DNA of 64,000 nt, taken from assembly GCA_015680685.1 (NCBI GenBank), contig MNCI01000551.1, positions 97,578-161,577 on the forward strand. Reading direction: 5' to 3'. Positions 38,851 to 51,810 of this stretch are shown here, piece after piece. The number at the start of each line of letters is the position of its first letter. The first letter of the stretch is position 1. The notes beneath the pieces are model-generated. The model worked only from the letters and a program-made list of their open reading frames with translations, was not told the DNA's origin and did not search any database. A program made the translations under genes and the position numbers. The DNA comes from Gnetum montanum (lineage: Eukaryota > Plantae > Gnetophyta).

Positions 38851-39569
38851 AAGATCAAGATTAATTCATGCTTATTACAACACTCTAACTTTGACTAGAT
38901 TTCTATTACTAAGCATTTACTTTTATCACAACTTATTATTATCATTAACGAGCATACTGTTTATGCTCCCATGCATTGTTATTATAGTAGAATAAGTGCA
39001 TCAAAAACTTGAGGGTTAAACATGTATTATCTTGGCAATTCCAATAGTTAGTTAACTTAGTTTGCCTAATGCATGGTTATTTAGCTTAGTAATTAGCCTA
39101 GTAATTAAGACACAAATCTAGAAACATGCCTCAAAGATTAACAAACAAATGCTTATTGCTTTAGATTAGATAAGGAATTATTTATATTTGTAGTAATTTA
39201 CTATTTTTAGTTAATATATATTTTTAGAAACTTTCATAATTAGTAGCCATGACCAAGATAATATTATCGATCATACATCTTGGCTATGCTTAATGATATG
39301 ATTTAATGTCACTATGAGTATAACCAAGAAGACAACAGCTTACAATCTCACATAACTACACTAGACATTAAATGTATCTCATCCATGAACTACTATATGA
39401 TCTACCATGATACTTATAGATGATATAGTTGGATGTTAGACCTACTCACCACTCATTATTTGACATCATTATCGAAAATGATGCTAGGTATCTAGTTCCA
39501 ATTAATGTCAAATAAGATCATTGTAAGATTTTAATAATTTCTCTTTCCTAAAAGTATTATTATTTGGGA

Positions 39570-40170
39570 TACATATTAGAATTTAGAATCAACAAAATCA
39601 TAAAATCAATTTGGATTTACGTTAGGAAGATCTACTATAAATCTGACTTTCTTGGTATGATAACTGATGGAGAGATTAAAAAATATATAAAGAAAATCTA
39701 CATATCATATTCATTGACTCGAAAAAAGCATATGATAGAGTGCCTAGAGATATTAGTTGGTAGACCTTAATGGAGAAAAATGTCCCTAATAAATAAATTA
39801 AAGTGATTCAAGAAATATATGAAGGAACTACCAGTAAATTAAAATAGCATGTAGAACCACATTTGATTTTCCAGTCATAGTATGTCTATGCTTAGCTTGT
39901 ACTTATTTATTATTACCATAGATAAAATCCCTTTGTATATGCTTTTTGCAAATGATATTGTGTTGGTGATACATCACTAGAAAATATTGCTTTTGAAGTG
40001 GAGAAGTGGAGAAGTGGAGACATGCTCAATAATCAAAAGGCTTACAAATTAGTAGAAATAAGAAAAAATATATAGTATGCAATTTCAATAATAGCATAAA
40101 CAATGGTGAAATAAAAGTGACAATGTCCCTCACTACAAACACTTACAGTACCTAGGATCAATGCTCTAAT
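39570..40170 (+). mobile_element. RTE-clade LINE reverse transcriptase remnant
   Basis: Translates with frameshifts to GFTLGRST...LMER...ENLHIIFIDSKKAYDRVPRDI.W...EKNVP...IKVIQEIYEG and IP.CMLFANDIVLV, which is the RTE RT pattern. Confidence 0.8.
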
Positions 40171-41051
40171 TAGATTATGAAATTGATGTTAAATTGCATT
40201 ACTAGCAAATATTTTGTCATGATGTCAACTAGCTATGCCCATGTCTTGATGTACTCAATTACGATAACCTATTTTTGTATTTGTTCTTGGATGAAGTGAT
40301 GTCAAATCTCAATATGTTTTATCTTGGAATACTGGACTGAGTTCTTAGCAATGTTGATAGCACTAATGTTTTCGCAATGCATTATGATGTTTGACTAACT
40401 ATGACCTTAGTTTTGCAAAGTGTGGTTCATCTACACGAGTTGTAAGAGTGAAGTTAAGCACTATTTTTTGCTTATCCATCTAACACAAAAGTTGTTCAAA
40501 AAATAATATCTACCACTTCCGATTGTCTACAAATCTTGCCGAATTTACGTCAATATACTCAACCAAATTAAAGCATGTTTTCTTTGGAAACTAAAGGCCA
40601 TGTTGTGTAATACCTTTCGTAGCAACTAAGTTATATTCTTTTTGGATTTGATTACTATCTATCCTACATTCAATTTTAGCTACCCTATCTTTATTCTTCA
40701 AAAAGCTTTAAAATAGCTTACCTTGAATTTCTTATCAATATTTTTTTAGCAAAATATAACATGCAATGTTGATAGCTTTTCCCTTCTCCCTAGAATGTCT
40801 TTGATAAATACCGTTTATGAAATAAGGTTTTGGTCATCTTTGAAGAACACCATTTCTCCTTTCAACTACTCAGTTTTGTTGTGAAATCCTTGGCGTTGAG
40901 AACTAGTGCTTAATTTCTTCTTTTGCATAGAACTCTTCAAATTTATTAAGGTTTTGGAATTCCGACCATGGTCACTCCAAATGGTTTTGATAAGGTACCC
41001 CCTCTCTCTTTGTAACCTGCAACATAAAGTTCTGATTTATACGATTGCTGG

Positions 41052-42765
41052 ATTAGCTGTTCACACGCTAATCACGTTTCCTGTTTCTCCAAGGTGACAA
41101 GATTGTACTTCAGAGATGAGACTTATGCCTTGTTCTTTTATGAAACCGTTCATTTACCTCTGCAACAAAGGAAATCAAAATCATTGATACTTTGAAGACT
41201 GAGGATCATGAGAATCCTTGATGTCATAACAGGTGATGATGCATGAAATTTATGAAACCATGTGACAAGAAGAATCTACAGACGTGTAGTTTTTTGCATC
41301 CCATGTTGAAAAGCCATAAAGCAATCCATATCACAACAATACCTACCTCTCTATTTCTTTGCATTTCATCAACAACCATCTTCTGCACTCCAAAACAAAA
41401 TACTCGGATCAAACGAACACTCCCGTCCAAGACGTTGGGAAAAAAGCCGGTCGTATACTCTGCTCAGGCCAGCTAAGAAACCATACAATATAACAAAACG
41501 TTCACAAAATACAAACCTACATGGGCCCATATTAAAAGTCGGTAAATAAAAAAAAAAACTGAACCATAGTGGCTGCCTAGGTTGGAAAAAATGCCATTCT
41601 CACATGAAACGGTCAGAGTTAAAAAGTAAAAAGAAGTTCACGTGCGTGGAAAAGCTGTACGCGTGCTTTCGCTTTCCACGTACGTAGACGGACGGCGTGG
41701 GTGCGGCCACGTGGATAGGGATCGAATCCAAGGACGGTGCCACGTCACGCCACGTAAGCTGCCAACATTGGTTGACGAGTCTAGTTTATTGCTAGTTTTC
41801 TAGGATTGGATTGCAAAGCGGAACGTCGCTTAGTGGCTTAGCATGAACATGGCGTGGCTTGCCTTTCACATTGCTTGTCGAGTCCACGTCATCCCATTCC
41901 ATGAATCTCAGCAACGACCAGAACCAGGGAAGGGCCATGAATCATATCTAACCTGTAAAGGTTGTGCAAAAAGAGTTAAAAAGAAATTGGCGTCCCATGG
42001 TAGAAACTATAAGGTTAGAAAAAAATATGTGGTATGAGTGAGGAGGTGGGTGAGGAAGATTCAACATGTTGCAGGGGAGCCACAAAAATGGAATCTTCTT
42101 TTAAGAATCTTTCAAAGGTTCGTCACTGTAGTCACTGGCCTGTTTCAATGCATCCTAGGCAGGCCATGGTGTATCAGTTTGTCAAATACAAACAAGTTAT
42201 GGTACACAATGAAGAGAGAGATTTCTCTCGTAGCAGGTGCTTAGTTGCATGCAACTGGAAATGCAAACTTATTCCTTTCCCTGTACTCGCATGTGTGAGT
42301 TGTTTCGTCCCATCACTAAATTATTATGTTATGGTGTTCGCAAATATGGTAGGACCTACCACGGCTCATTTACAAACTACCATTCAATTCATGTAAGTCC
42401 TCCTCTAATTGTGCTTGCTTGAACCTTTTGTACGTCCAATCTTTTCAAAGGAAGTATGCTTCGTACCTTTTTCTTGTTTTTTTGCAAAGTGGGCTCCGCA
42501 CGTTATGGTTTTTAGGTGGTATCCTATTTGATTTACGAAGCAGCACACTTACAAACCGCCACACAACTTTCTGCCACATATGTATTGTCGTTTCTCTTGC
42601 AAAACTATGGTTTTTGACAACTAATTTAGTTGTACATGGTTTTTAGTTGGCTACAACTGTGGACAGGGTGTAATTGTTGATATGAATATAAAATTGGTTA
42701 AAATGAAAAGCCATGCCATAGGCAAAAACAATGCATGTGACAAAACAGCATAGGTCATGCCTATT
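41052..42765. repeat. Copy 2 of the ~1.8-kb diverged direct duplication
   Basis: Colinear with 30208-32090; carries a central G-box-rich segment that copy 1 lacks. Confidence 0.85.
41638..41757. promoter_or_regulatory. Cluster of ACGT-core (G-box/ABRE-like) motifs
   Basis: CACGTG, CCACGTACGTA, GCCACGTGG, GCCACGTCA and GCCACGTAA occur within ~120 bp. Function is not shown. Confidence 0.5.
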
Positions 42766-42801
42766 TGACTATTTTAATTATTAACATGTGATTGAGTCTT
42801 A

Positions 42802-42885
42802 AGGTGTTAGCCTAGTAGTAAGAGACCTTGCTTCCTAACTCTCAAGTCACAAGTTGATTTATGTAGGCAACACTAAGTTATAAAT
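42802..42885 (+). mobile_element. SINE family A, 3'-truncated copy
   Basis: AGGTGTTAGCCTAGTAGTAAGA head and CTAAGTTATAAA body motif. Confidence 0.55.
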
Positions 42886-43600
42886 TTAAAAGGAAAAAAA
42901 TTTGTAGAAGGAATTTTGAAATGGTCTAATAGATCCAAGAGGTCTTAGTGGACAGAAGTAGAAATTTTAATTTTAGTTTCATAAAGAAATTTTAAGAATT
43001 TCCGTTAGATAAAAAGTTATAATTGTTTCTTATCTAGGGCTCAAATGATGAGGTTGAATTTGAAAAAATTATGAAATGTGATCAAAAAGATAGGAAGTGA
43101 ATAAATTGTTAATTTTTTCAACTCCTTCCTTGCAAGTTTACAAATATTGTTTTGAATAATGCCTTTACTATATAAATAATCTTATAATATGATAGCGTAT
43201 TTGATAAGCTTGACGAGGAACTATTTTAAATGTTGACTAAGAACAAAATTATGTTAGTCCCAAGGGGAGTGATGTTTATTCATTATTTTTTAATAGCTCA
43301 CGATGCCTTCCTTATGGAGTACCTACTGTTGCTTGTCGAAGTGCATGCCTCACTTGTGGCCTTGACTCTTTAGGGAATCTAACAAAACAAAACTTTAATT
43401 TTCCTAAACCCTAGTAGATCAATGAGTCATTTGAAATTGATAATGCATTAATACAAACTATGCACTTAAACTCAGTGAGTTATGCTAAGCATATACAAGT
43501 TGCACTCATATTACCCCAAAAAAATAACAATGTAGTTAAGTTTATATTTTTAGTTGAAATATATATGTTGTAAATAAGAGGAATAAGATGTTTACCATGT

Positions 43601-44417
43601 TGATGAGTCATAAATTGTTGGCTGCGATATCGCACCCATGGTATCACGTACGCAATATTGCAGCCTGTCTCCTCATCTATAAATAAGAGGTAGACAGATC
43701 TGGTAGGTAGTTTTTGAGTTTTGAGAGTTTTTAGAAGTTTTTAAGTCTTTAGTTTTTAGTAGTTTCCTTTCAACCCTTTTCTCCCAGTGCATGCCTGCAA
43801 TGTGATGATTGTAATTATATGAAACCTTTATTCGAGTGTGACATACTTAGACACGCACATGACCGACAATAAAGATCGAGATTACTTCATCATTGTAGCA
43901 TCCACTTAGCTTATTTATTTGTCATTGTTATTTACTACTTTCTTAATTAATATCTCTCTACTCTTATCTCCTAGTAATGCAGAATGAGTACGACTTAATC
44001 ACGAGCATTTAAGTGTGACTACTTGGTAACCCAGTAGCGTACCTAGGCCATGTGTTTGGTAATCCCAGCGGTAGTTGTGCACGAGGTCCAATATGTGTAC
44101 AGATGATTAAGGAACGGATGCTCATCGCACTTAGGCTAGTTTAGATTCTCTCTCACCCATTCTCTCTCCTAGTTTAGTTGATATTATTTACCACCATCCC
44201 TAGGAGTAGCATTAGTGTAGGAACACATTATGCACGTCACTCTAGGCTAAACCATACGTGACAAAGCTAATACTAGTCTAGGTGGGAAGACAGCAAACTG
44301 CGATCTATGAGTAACAGTCTAGATACCACAACTAGTCCGTTTACAGAGTTCGACCGGATCGTGCGTGAAACGCTTGTATTCGTATGGTTGAGTGTAGGGG
44401 TACCTTGCCACTCATCA
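43601..44417 (+). mobile_element. Solo LTR, divergent subfamily of the Athila-type group
   Basis: TGATGA...TCATCA ends, 5-bp TSD CATGT on both sides, CTATAAATAAGAGG and the conserved terminal ~70 bp. Confidence 0.92.
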
Positions 44418-47400
44418 CATGTAATGTCAATAAAATGATTTATTATGTTTTTTATAAATTTTTAAGTCAAAAAAATAAAATCCATGACACAACACAAAGC
44501 TTTAAGTTTCTTTTTATTTATTTTAAAATGTTTTAGATCCCATAACATTCATTTGTTTCAATTGGCTACTTGAAGTTTAGAAAAAGAGAATAAAATTAAA
44601 TAGCTTATTGGCATGGTAATAACCTAGGCTATCTCGAGTAAAAATGTTTAGTTGGATTACGGTAAAATCTCTTGTTCAAACATTTGTTAAAGTGAATGGT
44701 AGAGCATACTAGTCACCACGAGCAATTAAACTTCGTAAATCGCACAAATTACCGAGTCATTTCTGCACAGTAGCCGGCGAGAACCTCGAATGAGAATATA
44801 TAATAATAATGCGAATATTCGAACCCAATTCGATTCAGGTTACCAGTAAGATATGCATTGGGATTTGACTTAATGATTTAAATAATGCCGGCGAGCATAC
44901 GAGAATAAACAAAGAAAGAAAGAGAAGAAAGAATTGGCCGAATCAATTCGAAGGTCTCTTAATCTTCACGCAATCAAATATTCAAGTCTCATGTTTTAAG
45001 GAGGATAAAAAGTCAAAAAACAGAGGAGAGAGAATGAAGTCGGAGCGAGATATGTTAGCCGACCAACAGCAGACCACATTATTATTATTATTGCTACTAA
45101 GTAACTAGAAATGCCACCAACCTTTGCGACGGATTTTCCGCCAACGTGAAAGACCGGCCTTCTCCCGTTTTGGCTTTGCAGGCAGGGAACACGGTTATTA
45201 GCTAATGCCTGAACATGTGACACATGCATGCATGCATGCATACATGGCACCTACCATGTCATGGCATGGCATCCGGGAAACGTCACATTAGAGTGGATGC
45301 ATCCATAGCACTCAGTCAGCGGTGCTGTACGTGAGCGTGAGCCGGCAGCTATTTTCAACGGAGTGGTTGGCCACGTCATACAACTGCTAAAATCTTCAAC
45401 AATTACGGCACACCTCCGTTGCTTCGCATGTAATTGCGTAACTGCAACCAACTCTACCAAATTACGAATAGATACCAAGCCAGCACTTGAAAAAGATGTG
45501 ATCAGATTCTTAATACATATGCTGATGTACTACGATGGCTGTCCTTGTTAAAGTCCGGCACATATTAGGCCCATCACTGTCTGGACGCCGCCGCAGAAAC
45601 CACAAAACGAGCGGCTGCGGTAAAACTGACGGCGCCGTCGGTACTGTGTTGGGATTTTCCTGGTATTTTCATTTTCTTAACGTCGTACCTTTGTTTGACG
45701 TAAAGATCATGACGTTCAATATATGTACTGGACGTATTTCTATGTAAATTTGTTTTGTTTCCATTTCTCAATTGACAAAACGATATTCACTTTTTCGTTT
45801 AAATGAAAATAGTGAATTATTTAAGAGTTAAATAAAGAAATTAAATTACATAAGCATGACCACTCGAATATGTTAATCTAGGGTTCAATTAAAGGGTATG
45901 ATAGTCTAAGGCATCATTGTCTATGGCCATCACCGTAGGCAAACCATACATGATCAACATCGACATATGTACTGGTTGCATAGTAAATGTGAGTATGTAT
46001 GTTGTATATACATAGCTAGCTATGGGAAGTGCTCCAATGTATGTGGCAAGAAAATTCTTAAGCATATTTGATAATAGATAGTTAAATTTATAAAACAAAG
46101 GAATCAAACATTCAACCTTTCACTTATTATTGCAAGTGCATACCACTATTTTATCAAAGGTGATTGACATATGAAATATTATTTATATCATTTAAACATG
46201 TGTTTCTAGGTCCCACGCCTACCTACCAGCAAGGGACTTGTTAGAAGGTAGGAATATGACCCAAGGACACACATAAGCATGGTTAAGATGGTCATGAGAT
46301 GTACCATGGATGAGTCGCATGTACCGATGTGGATTGGTTTATGGCTTTTCCTCCAAAAGAGGTTAGGCTTTCACTTATCTATCAATCCTCCCAAGACCCA
46401 CTTCGCAATATGAGTATTGAGCCAATAGGTGATGAATGTTTTTAGAATGTGTCACTTGCTAGTTAGTAAAAGTTCTAGCAAACACTAAAGATAAACAACT
46501 TGCATAAAAACTATCATGCATGAGGTTTGCTTCAGAGCATAAATTACCATGCCTAGAAGGTGGACATGTCCAATGTCATATTGGTTGCTACTATGAGCTT
46601 AACAAATGTGTTGTTTTAGTTCATTCCCTTGAAAAAAGAAACACACACACATTAATTACATTTTTAATTTCTCTTTGTTTGTAACATAAATGAAAACTAA
46701 ATCTGTGGGAATGTATAACATCTAAAGTAATGTAAAATTCTATCATTTGAACTTGCTTTTAATCATTAGCTTATCCACGCATACTTCAATTAATAACATG
46801 TTCTTTGCTCCATCAAACCAATAATTTGGAACAAAATAGTAACTTTAAATTAGTTTTGTATACTTAAAAAATTCAGTTTATTATATTGTTGAATTTTGTC
46901 CAAGTAAATCCTACATTGCTTCAGTAAAATTGTTTTACTATATAAACCTTTTAATATTTTATGTTGTTCTTATGCATGTAATAAATACACAAGAAAATAT
47001 AATCATATACCATTTAACAAGTGAATATTATATTGAAAAGTAATTATAGATGACCATGTCTTTATTGGCCAATGATGGAAGGTTAAAGTGGTTAGTTCAT
47101 TATCTTGTTAGGTAAGAGGTTATTAGTTTGAGTTACACTAGAGGTATCCTTATATTTATCTATAATTCTTTTAAAGTATTATGTTGGCTATATGTCTTGG
47201 GATGTACTTATAGTCATTCCTTTTAGATTTCAATACCCCTCAACCATGTCTTTATTCACTAGTAGAATTTATGCATGATAAAATAGTTTCCATTATTATA
47301 AGTGGATAATAAGGAGGGTGAAATGCTTCATTGTACAACTAAGGTGTATTATGTTGATTTTTAATATATTGGTTTTTTAAGTGTCTTAATACATAAAACT

Positions 47401-47490
47401 AAATAAAAAATGAAAATTAAAAGTGCCTTTTAGAAAATTTTTTTAGAAGACAACAAACCATGGTTCTATAAAGCCAAGCAACAACAACAA

Positions 47491-47667
47491 TTTTAAAAGG
47501 ATCGTTACCCAGAGGCTTAATCCTCATCCTACCAAGGCAAGGTCATAGGGAGGATGGTGGATAAGTGAAAGACTAACCTCTTTGAAGTGGCTGTGCCTAG
47601 GCTTGAACCTAGGTCTTACAACTTGAGAAACAAACATCTTACCATCACTCCAAGTGGTAGTCCCTCC
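47491..47667 (-). mobile_element. tRNA-derived SINE, family B (Au-like)
   Basis: Minus strand TGGAGTGATGGTAAG A-box and GGTTCAAGCC B-box, tail GGGTAACGATCCTTTT, and an ACAACAACAA-type TSD. Homologous to 1226-1400. Confidence 0.8.
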
Positions 47668-49584
47668 ACAACAACAAATTATAATAAAAATGTTAGATAC
47701 ATATTCCAAATAACAATGAATATCATTCATAAAACTACAGATATTATGCACCTATGAATCATAATACAAAATAAAATTAGTCTAGGAAATATATTCATCA
47801 TTGATTTTTCATTAAACACATATTCTATAGCGTCTTAGATCTAACCATGGCATTAAGGCTTTTATCTATATTGATTTTGAGGAACACTACTTTTGATAAA
47901 AAAGTAGCATGTTTTTTTTTAACATTCTTATATTGTATACCAAGAACACTGTGGTAATCCTTTCCAAACTTTGGTTCCATGCCTTCATGAAATCAATTAT
48001 ATTCTATGAAGATGATCAAACATGTCATACCTATTGAGAATGTTGTTATTGTGTCCACTGTTTTGGTGTTTCAGCAAACCAAGCAACTACTATCATCGAC
48101 CTTCTTTAGCACTAGGCTTCTATATCTTTCAAGGCAAGAAATCATGATGTATTCTCTTCCTAAGACCTTCTACTCTACCTTAACCTCAAGAGGATTAACA
48201 CTAGTGTGCAAATTTTCCAAGAAGCCACTTGAAACTGAAATATTTCAATAGGATCCTTGCAAGTAACATTGACATGGTAATCATCAAAATTTCACTATTC
48301 AATGTCACTTTAAGCCCTAATGATACTTTTGTCGAATGTCTTTGATGATCCTAATAACAACTAGCATCAATCCCAACATCATTGTTAGCTTTCGAGGATC
48401 AAAGTCAACATCTCAAGTCTTACCAATGTTCCATCATCAATGTCATTTTGGAAACCCCAAGTTAGCTAGACACAAATTCTAAATTACTATATTTAGATCT
48501 TGAGATTTTTAGGTAATCCTAGGCCTATAAATATCAAGGTCAATCACTCAATTCTGGCTGAAATGTTGAGATTTAGAGCTATTTTATAAGTTTTGAAGAA
48601 AGAAATAGTGATACTATCACGATCTATGCAAGCTCCTAGATCATTATGAACTTTCCAATGCTCAATTACGTACTCCTTAGTGTCTATGTCAGCCTTAACG
48701 AAGTGCTTTTGCAAGCATCACTAACACTAATATCCCTACTGATACCAACATTAATGCTAGCATTAATAACCAAATGGTTTTAAGAAAAAGTACTTTTAGG
48801 GATTTAATTCATCTCATCTAATTTTATCCACACTCTCTCAAACACATGACCATATTTTTTTCATCATGTAGCCTATAAAAGTAGGCATATCTAGAAAAAT
48901 GGTAAGCAAAATTTCAAATTGACATTGATTGTACTCTTGTGTGCTTTCATTATTTATTCTAAAGTTGAAAAATTCACTATTAGATGAAGTGTTAAATGTT
49001 CTATGTCAACCAATATAAGTCTAATACGACATGTCAATGGAAAGTGTTGACATAACTCTTATCTTGGAATTGAAGAAATCTTAAATATTGATAAAAGATG
49101 ATACATTGAAGCCTTAGCATCAATGTTGTTGCATGGTTGTAGCAACCTCAGTGCAACCAAATGCATTGGCGTATCAGTGTGGACATATTCTATAAATTCC
49201 AATTATAAGTAAGAGTTACACAATGGTGAAAATCATCAATTTTAGTCATTAGAACCAAACCCCTTGATGTTTATTTCTATAAGTCTTATCAATTTTCAAG
49301 CACCTTCAATGTTTGTTTGAGGTAGTTAATAAAGTCCTTATTCGAGTAGTTAACTCTAGATGTAACCATGTTTGACAATAAAGGTTAAGATTGTTTTCAA
49401 ATACATTGTAGCACTTCAACAATTGTTTAATTTACTTTCTTACAATTTATATTTTATGCAATTTTTATTTCCAAAATAGGTTAATATTAGTTAGTTTTTA
49501 CATTTGAAATTAGTACTATATAATGAATATGTTAAGATGTTAAGTGCTTTATATGGTAGCTTGGTTCATCTAGTAGTTAACTCA

Positions 49585-49720
49585 TAAGACTCTTGATTTA
49601 GAAGCTCCGAGTTATGGGTTCAATTCTAGCAACAATGATGAGTTATAAAGTTCTATCTAGACTATAAATCTTGGGGTGTATCTATGTTTCAATTACTTTA
49701 GGTGTATCTATGTTTCAATA
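49585..49720 (+). mobile_element. SINE family A, 5'-truncated copy
   Basis: TAAGACTCTTGATTTAGAAGCTCCGAGTTATGGGTTCAATTC (B-box) followed by the family body. Confidence 0.6.
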
Positions 49721-51662
49721 ATTTTTTTGTCAACATTCACCTTCATTTTCAGACATTCACAAATGCAACATTGTTTTTAAACTTAATTTTGAATTTGGTA
49801 TTAGTACTACATTATTTGTAAAGATTAAAAGTTGTATCCATTACTGATCTGCTTTAATAGCATGTTTTGTAGGTACCTTTTTAATCAACTCTTCTGGTTC
49901 ATTAATAAAAATACCAAACACAAAGTCAGTGAAAGAGGAAAGCTTGGCTTTACTCCTATATTACTATAAAACTATTATGTAGTTCTCTTCATATTTTAAT
50001 TCAAAATTATTTATATGTATAACTTTTGAATGGCACCAAGTAAAGCAAAATCAAATTTAAGTTTGATAAGTCTACTACATAATTGTTCTCTCACAATAAA
50101 ATCAAACGCTTTAGGCAAATTCACAAGACAAATAAACATTCTACCTTGTTTGGCCTTTGGTTCTTGAATACATTATTTGTTTTTTTTGTTGAACCCTACT
50201 TGTGAAACAACACGTAAATTATTATCATTTTTTGGTCCAAGATCTTAATTTTTTTCTCCAAATTGATACCTAACAATTTCACAAACAAGTTACTAACCAT
50301 GATTGATGTGTAATTATTTAAATTTGATTTCTCTTCTTTTTAAAAAGTAGAGCTCCACTAATCATCCATTATCTGGTCAAACCATTTTGAAGTCTTTGGT
50401 TGAGTATTTTCCAAGTCTCTTTCTAGACTAACTCTTTGCTACATTTTAATAATTTAGCATACAATCCTTCTATATCTATAATTTGTTAGAAGCTAATTTC
50501 TCAATTCCCTCTACTATTTCATCATACATATTCCCTCTACTATTCTAGTAGAACCAAGCAGATCAAAATTTTGAAAATCTTCTTCTTCTCAAATTTCAAC
50601 CACTCAAACACCCAAAAACTTCTTTTAAAACTCAATATTATACCTTCAAACCCTCAACTACGTCTCCTCTCCTCTCCCCTCCTGGTAACAAATACGCACG
50701 CAACTTCTATTGCACTATAATGTTGGACGTTCCAGGTAAACAAAACCAGAAAACCCTATTTCAATTTGTCCCCGGCTTGACTTTTGAAGGTTAACTATGG
50801 GATATCCAATAAATAGATACAAACACGTATGGACGGTTGAAAGCTTAAACTTTACGTTGCACCTGGTCTGCGATGGGTGCTTTGAAAATGGCTTGGCGAT
50901 TGACTGTCAGATTGCACTCATTTGTTTTGGTTTTTGGTTGTGAAAAGAAGATGGATGGCGTAAAAAACGGGGGCATGCCGTGTCCGAGACATACGGAAAG
51001 AAAAAGTGGTATCCAATTGCCGAGGGTGGCTTGACTGGGAATTTCACCATTACCCCAACGAACTTGTAGTGTTATCCAATTTTTTAGAATTTTTCCAAAT
51101 CCGTAACTTGTGTGCCACTTTAAAATTTAAGTTTCTTTAAGGGACTTCTTGTCGACGTCTGCTGTCCGTGGCCGTATCGCTAACGCTCCGGCCTGTTACG
51201 GTGGACATAATTTACGTTTTTTCAAGGTATACAGGCTGGGCGTAGCACTGAGAAAATTAATTTTTAAAATTTTAAATATTCAAGTACGAAATAAACACTA
51301 TGCGTGAAATGTATCTTTTTTCTTGATATGGTCGGTTCCTTTTTGAATGCTTATAGACCGTAATTATGTTAAAATTACGCAATGGATCACACCCAGCGTA
51401 GCATATGGCCACATCCACATATGTATGTGTGTTTATATATGCACATAAACGTTGTTTCACATTTCTCAGGCCTGTAGGCCATAAGCAGCCTATAACTCAG
51501 AAACTGAGTCACGCAAATCATTCAAATAGTCGAAAATATGTTGAGGAAGAGTCTCTTCAGCGGTATGCTTCTCGCCCAGCAAAAACATTATATGTTACAT
51601 CTTGCATCTGATACCACATGTTAAATTATTCAAGGTTAACAATGAAGTGCTATTCAAGCTTA

Positions 51663-51810
51663 ACAATGAAGTGCTTGCCTAGTGGTAGGACTCCTAATTT
51701 GAATGCTCTAATTCATGGGTTTGATTCTTATTTGCAATGTTGAGTTATAAGTGCTAACTCAACTATATTACAATTCTTTCGGGGGTTTCAACCCTCCCTC
51801 CTCCCCTCCA
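51663..51810 (+). mobile_element. SINE family A
   Basis: A-box TTGCCTAGTGG, B-box GGTTTGATTC and tail GGGGGTTTCAACCCTCCC. Confidence 0.7.

Noticed and set aside
30208-42765. The two 1.8-kb duplicates as LTRs of one large element
   Set aside because: No TG...CA termini, PBS, PPT, TSD or gag/pol between them.
43262-43520. CTAAACCCT ~140 nt after AAGGGGAGTG, superficially like a plant telomerase RNA
   Set aside because: No USE-TATA promoter, an internal T6 run that would stop Pol III, and no conserved TR blocks recognised. Treated as a chance telo-box.
47930-49450. Old retroelement-like sequence with TATA motifs and an LTR R-hairpin fragment at ~49336
   Set aside because: Too degenerate to set boundaries or a family; used only as supporting evidence for the hairpin finding.
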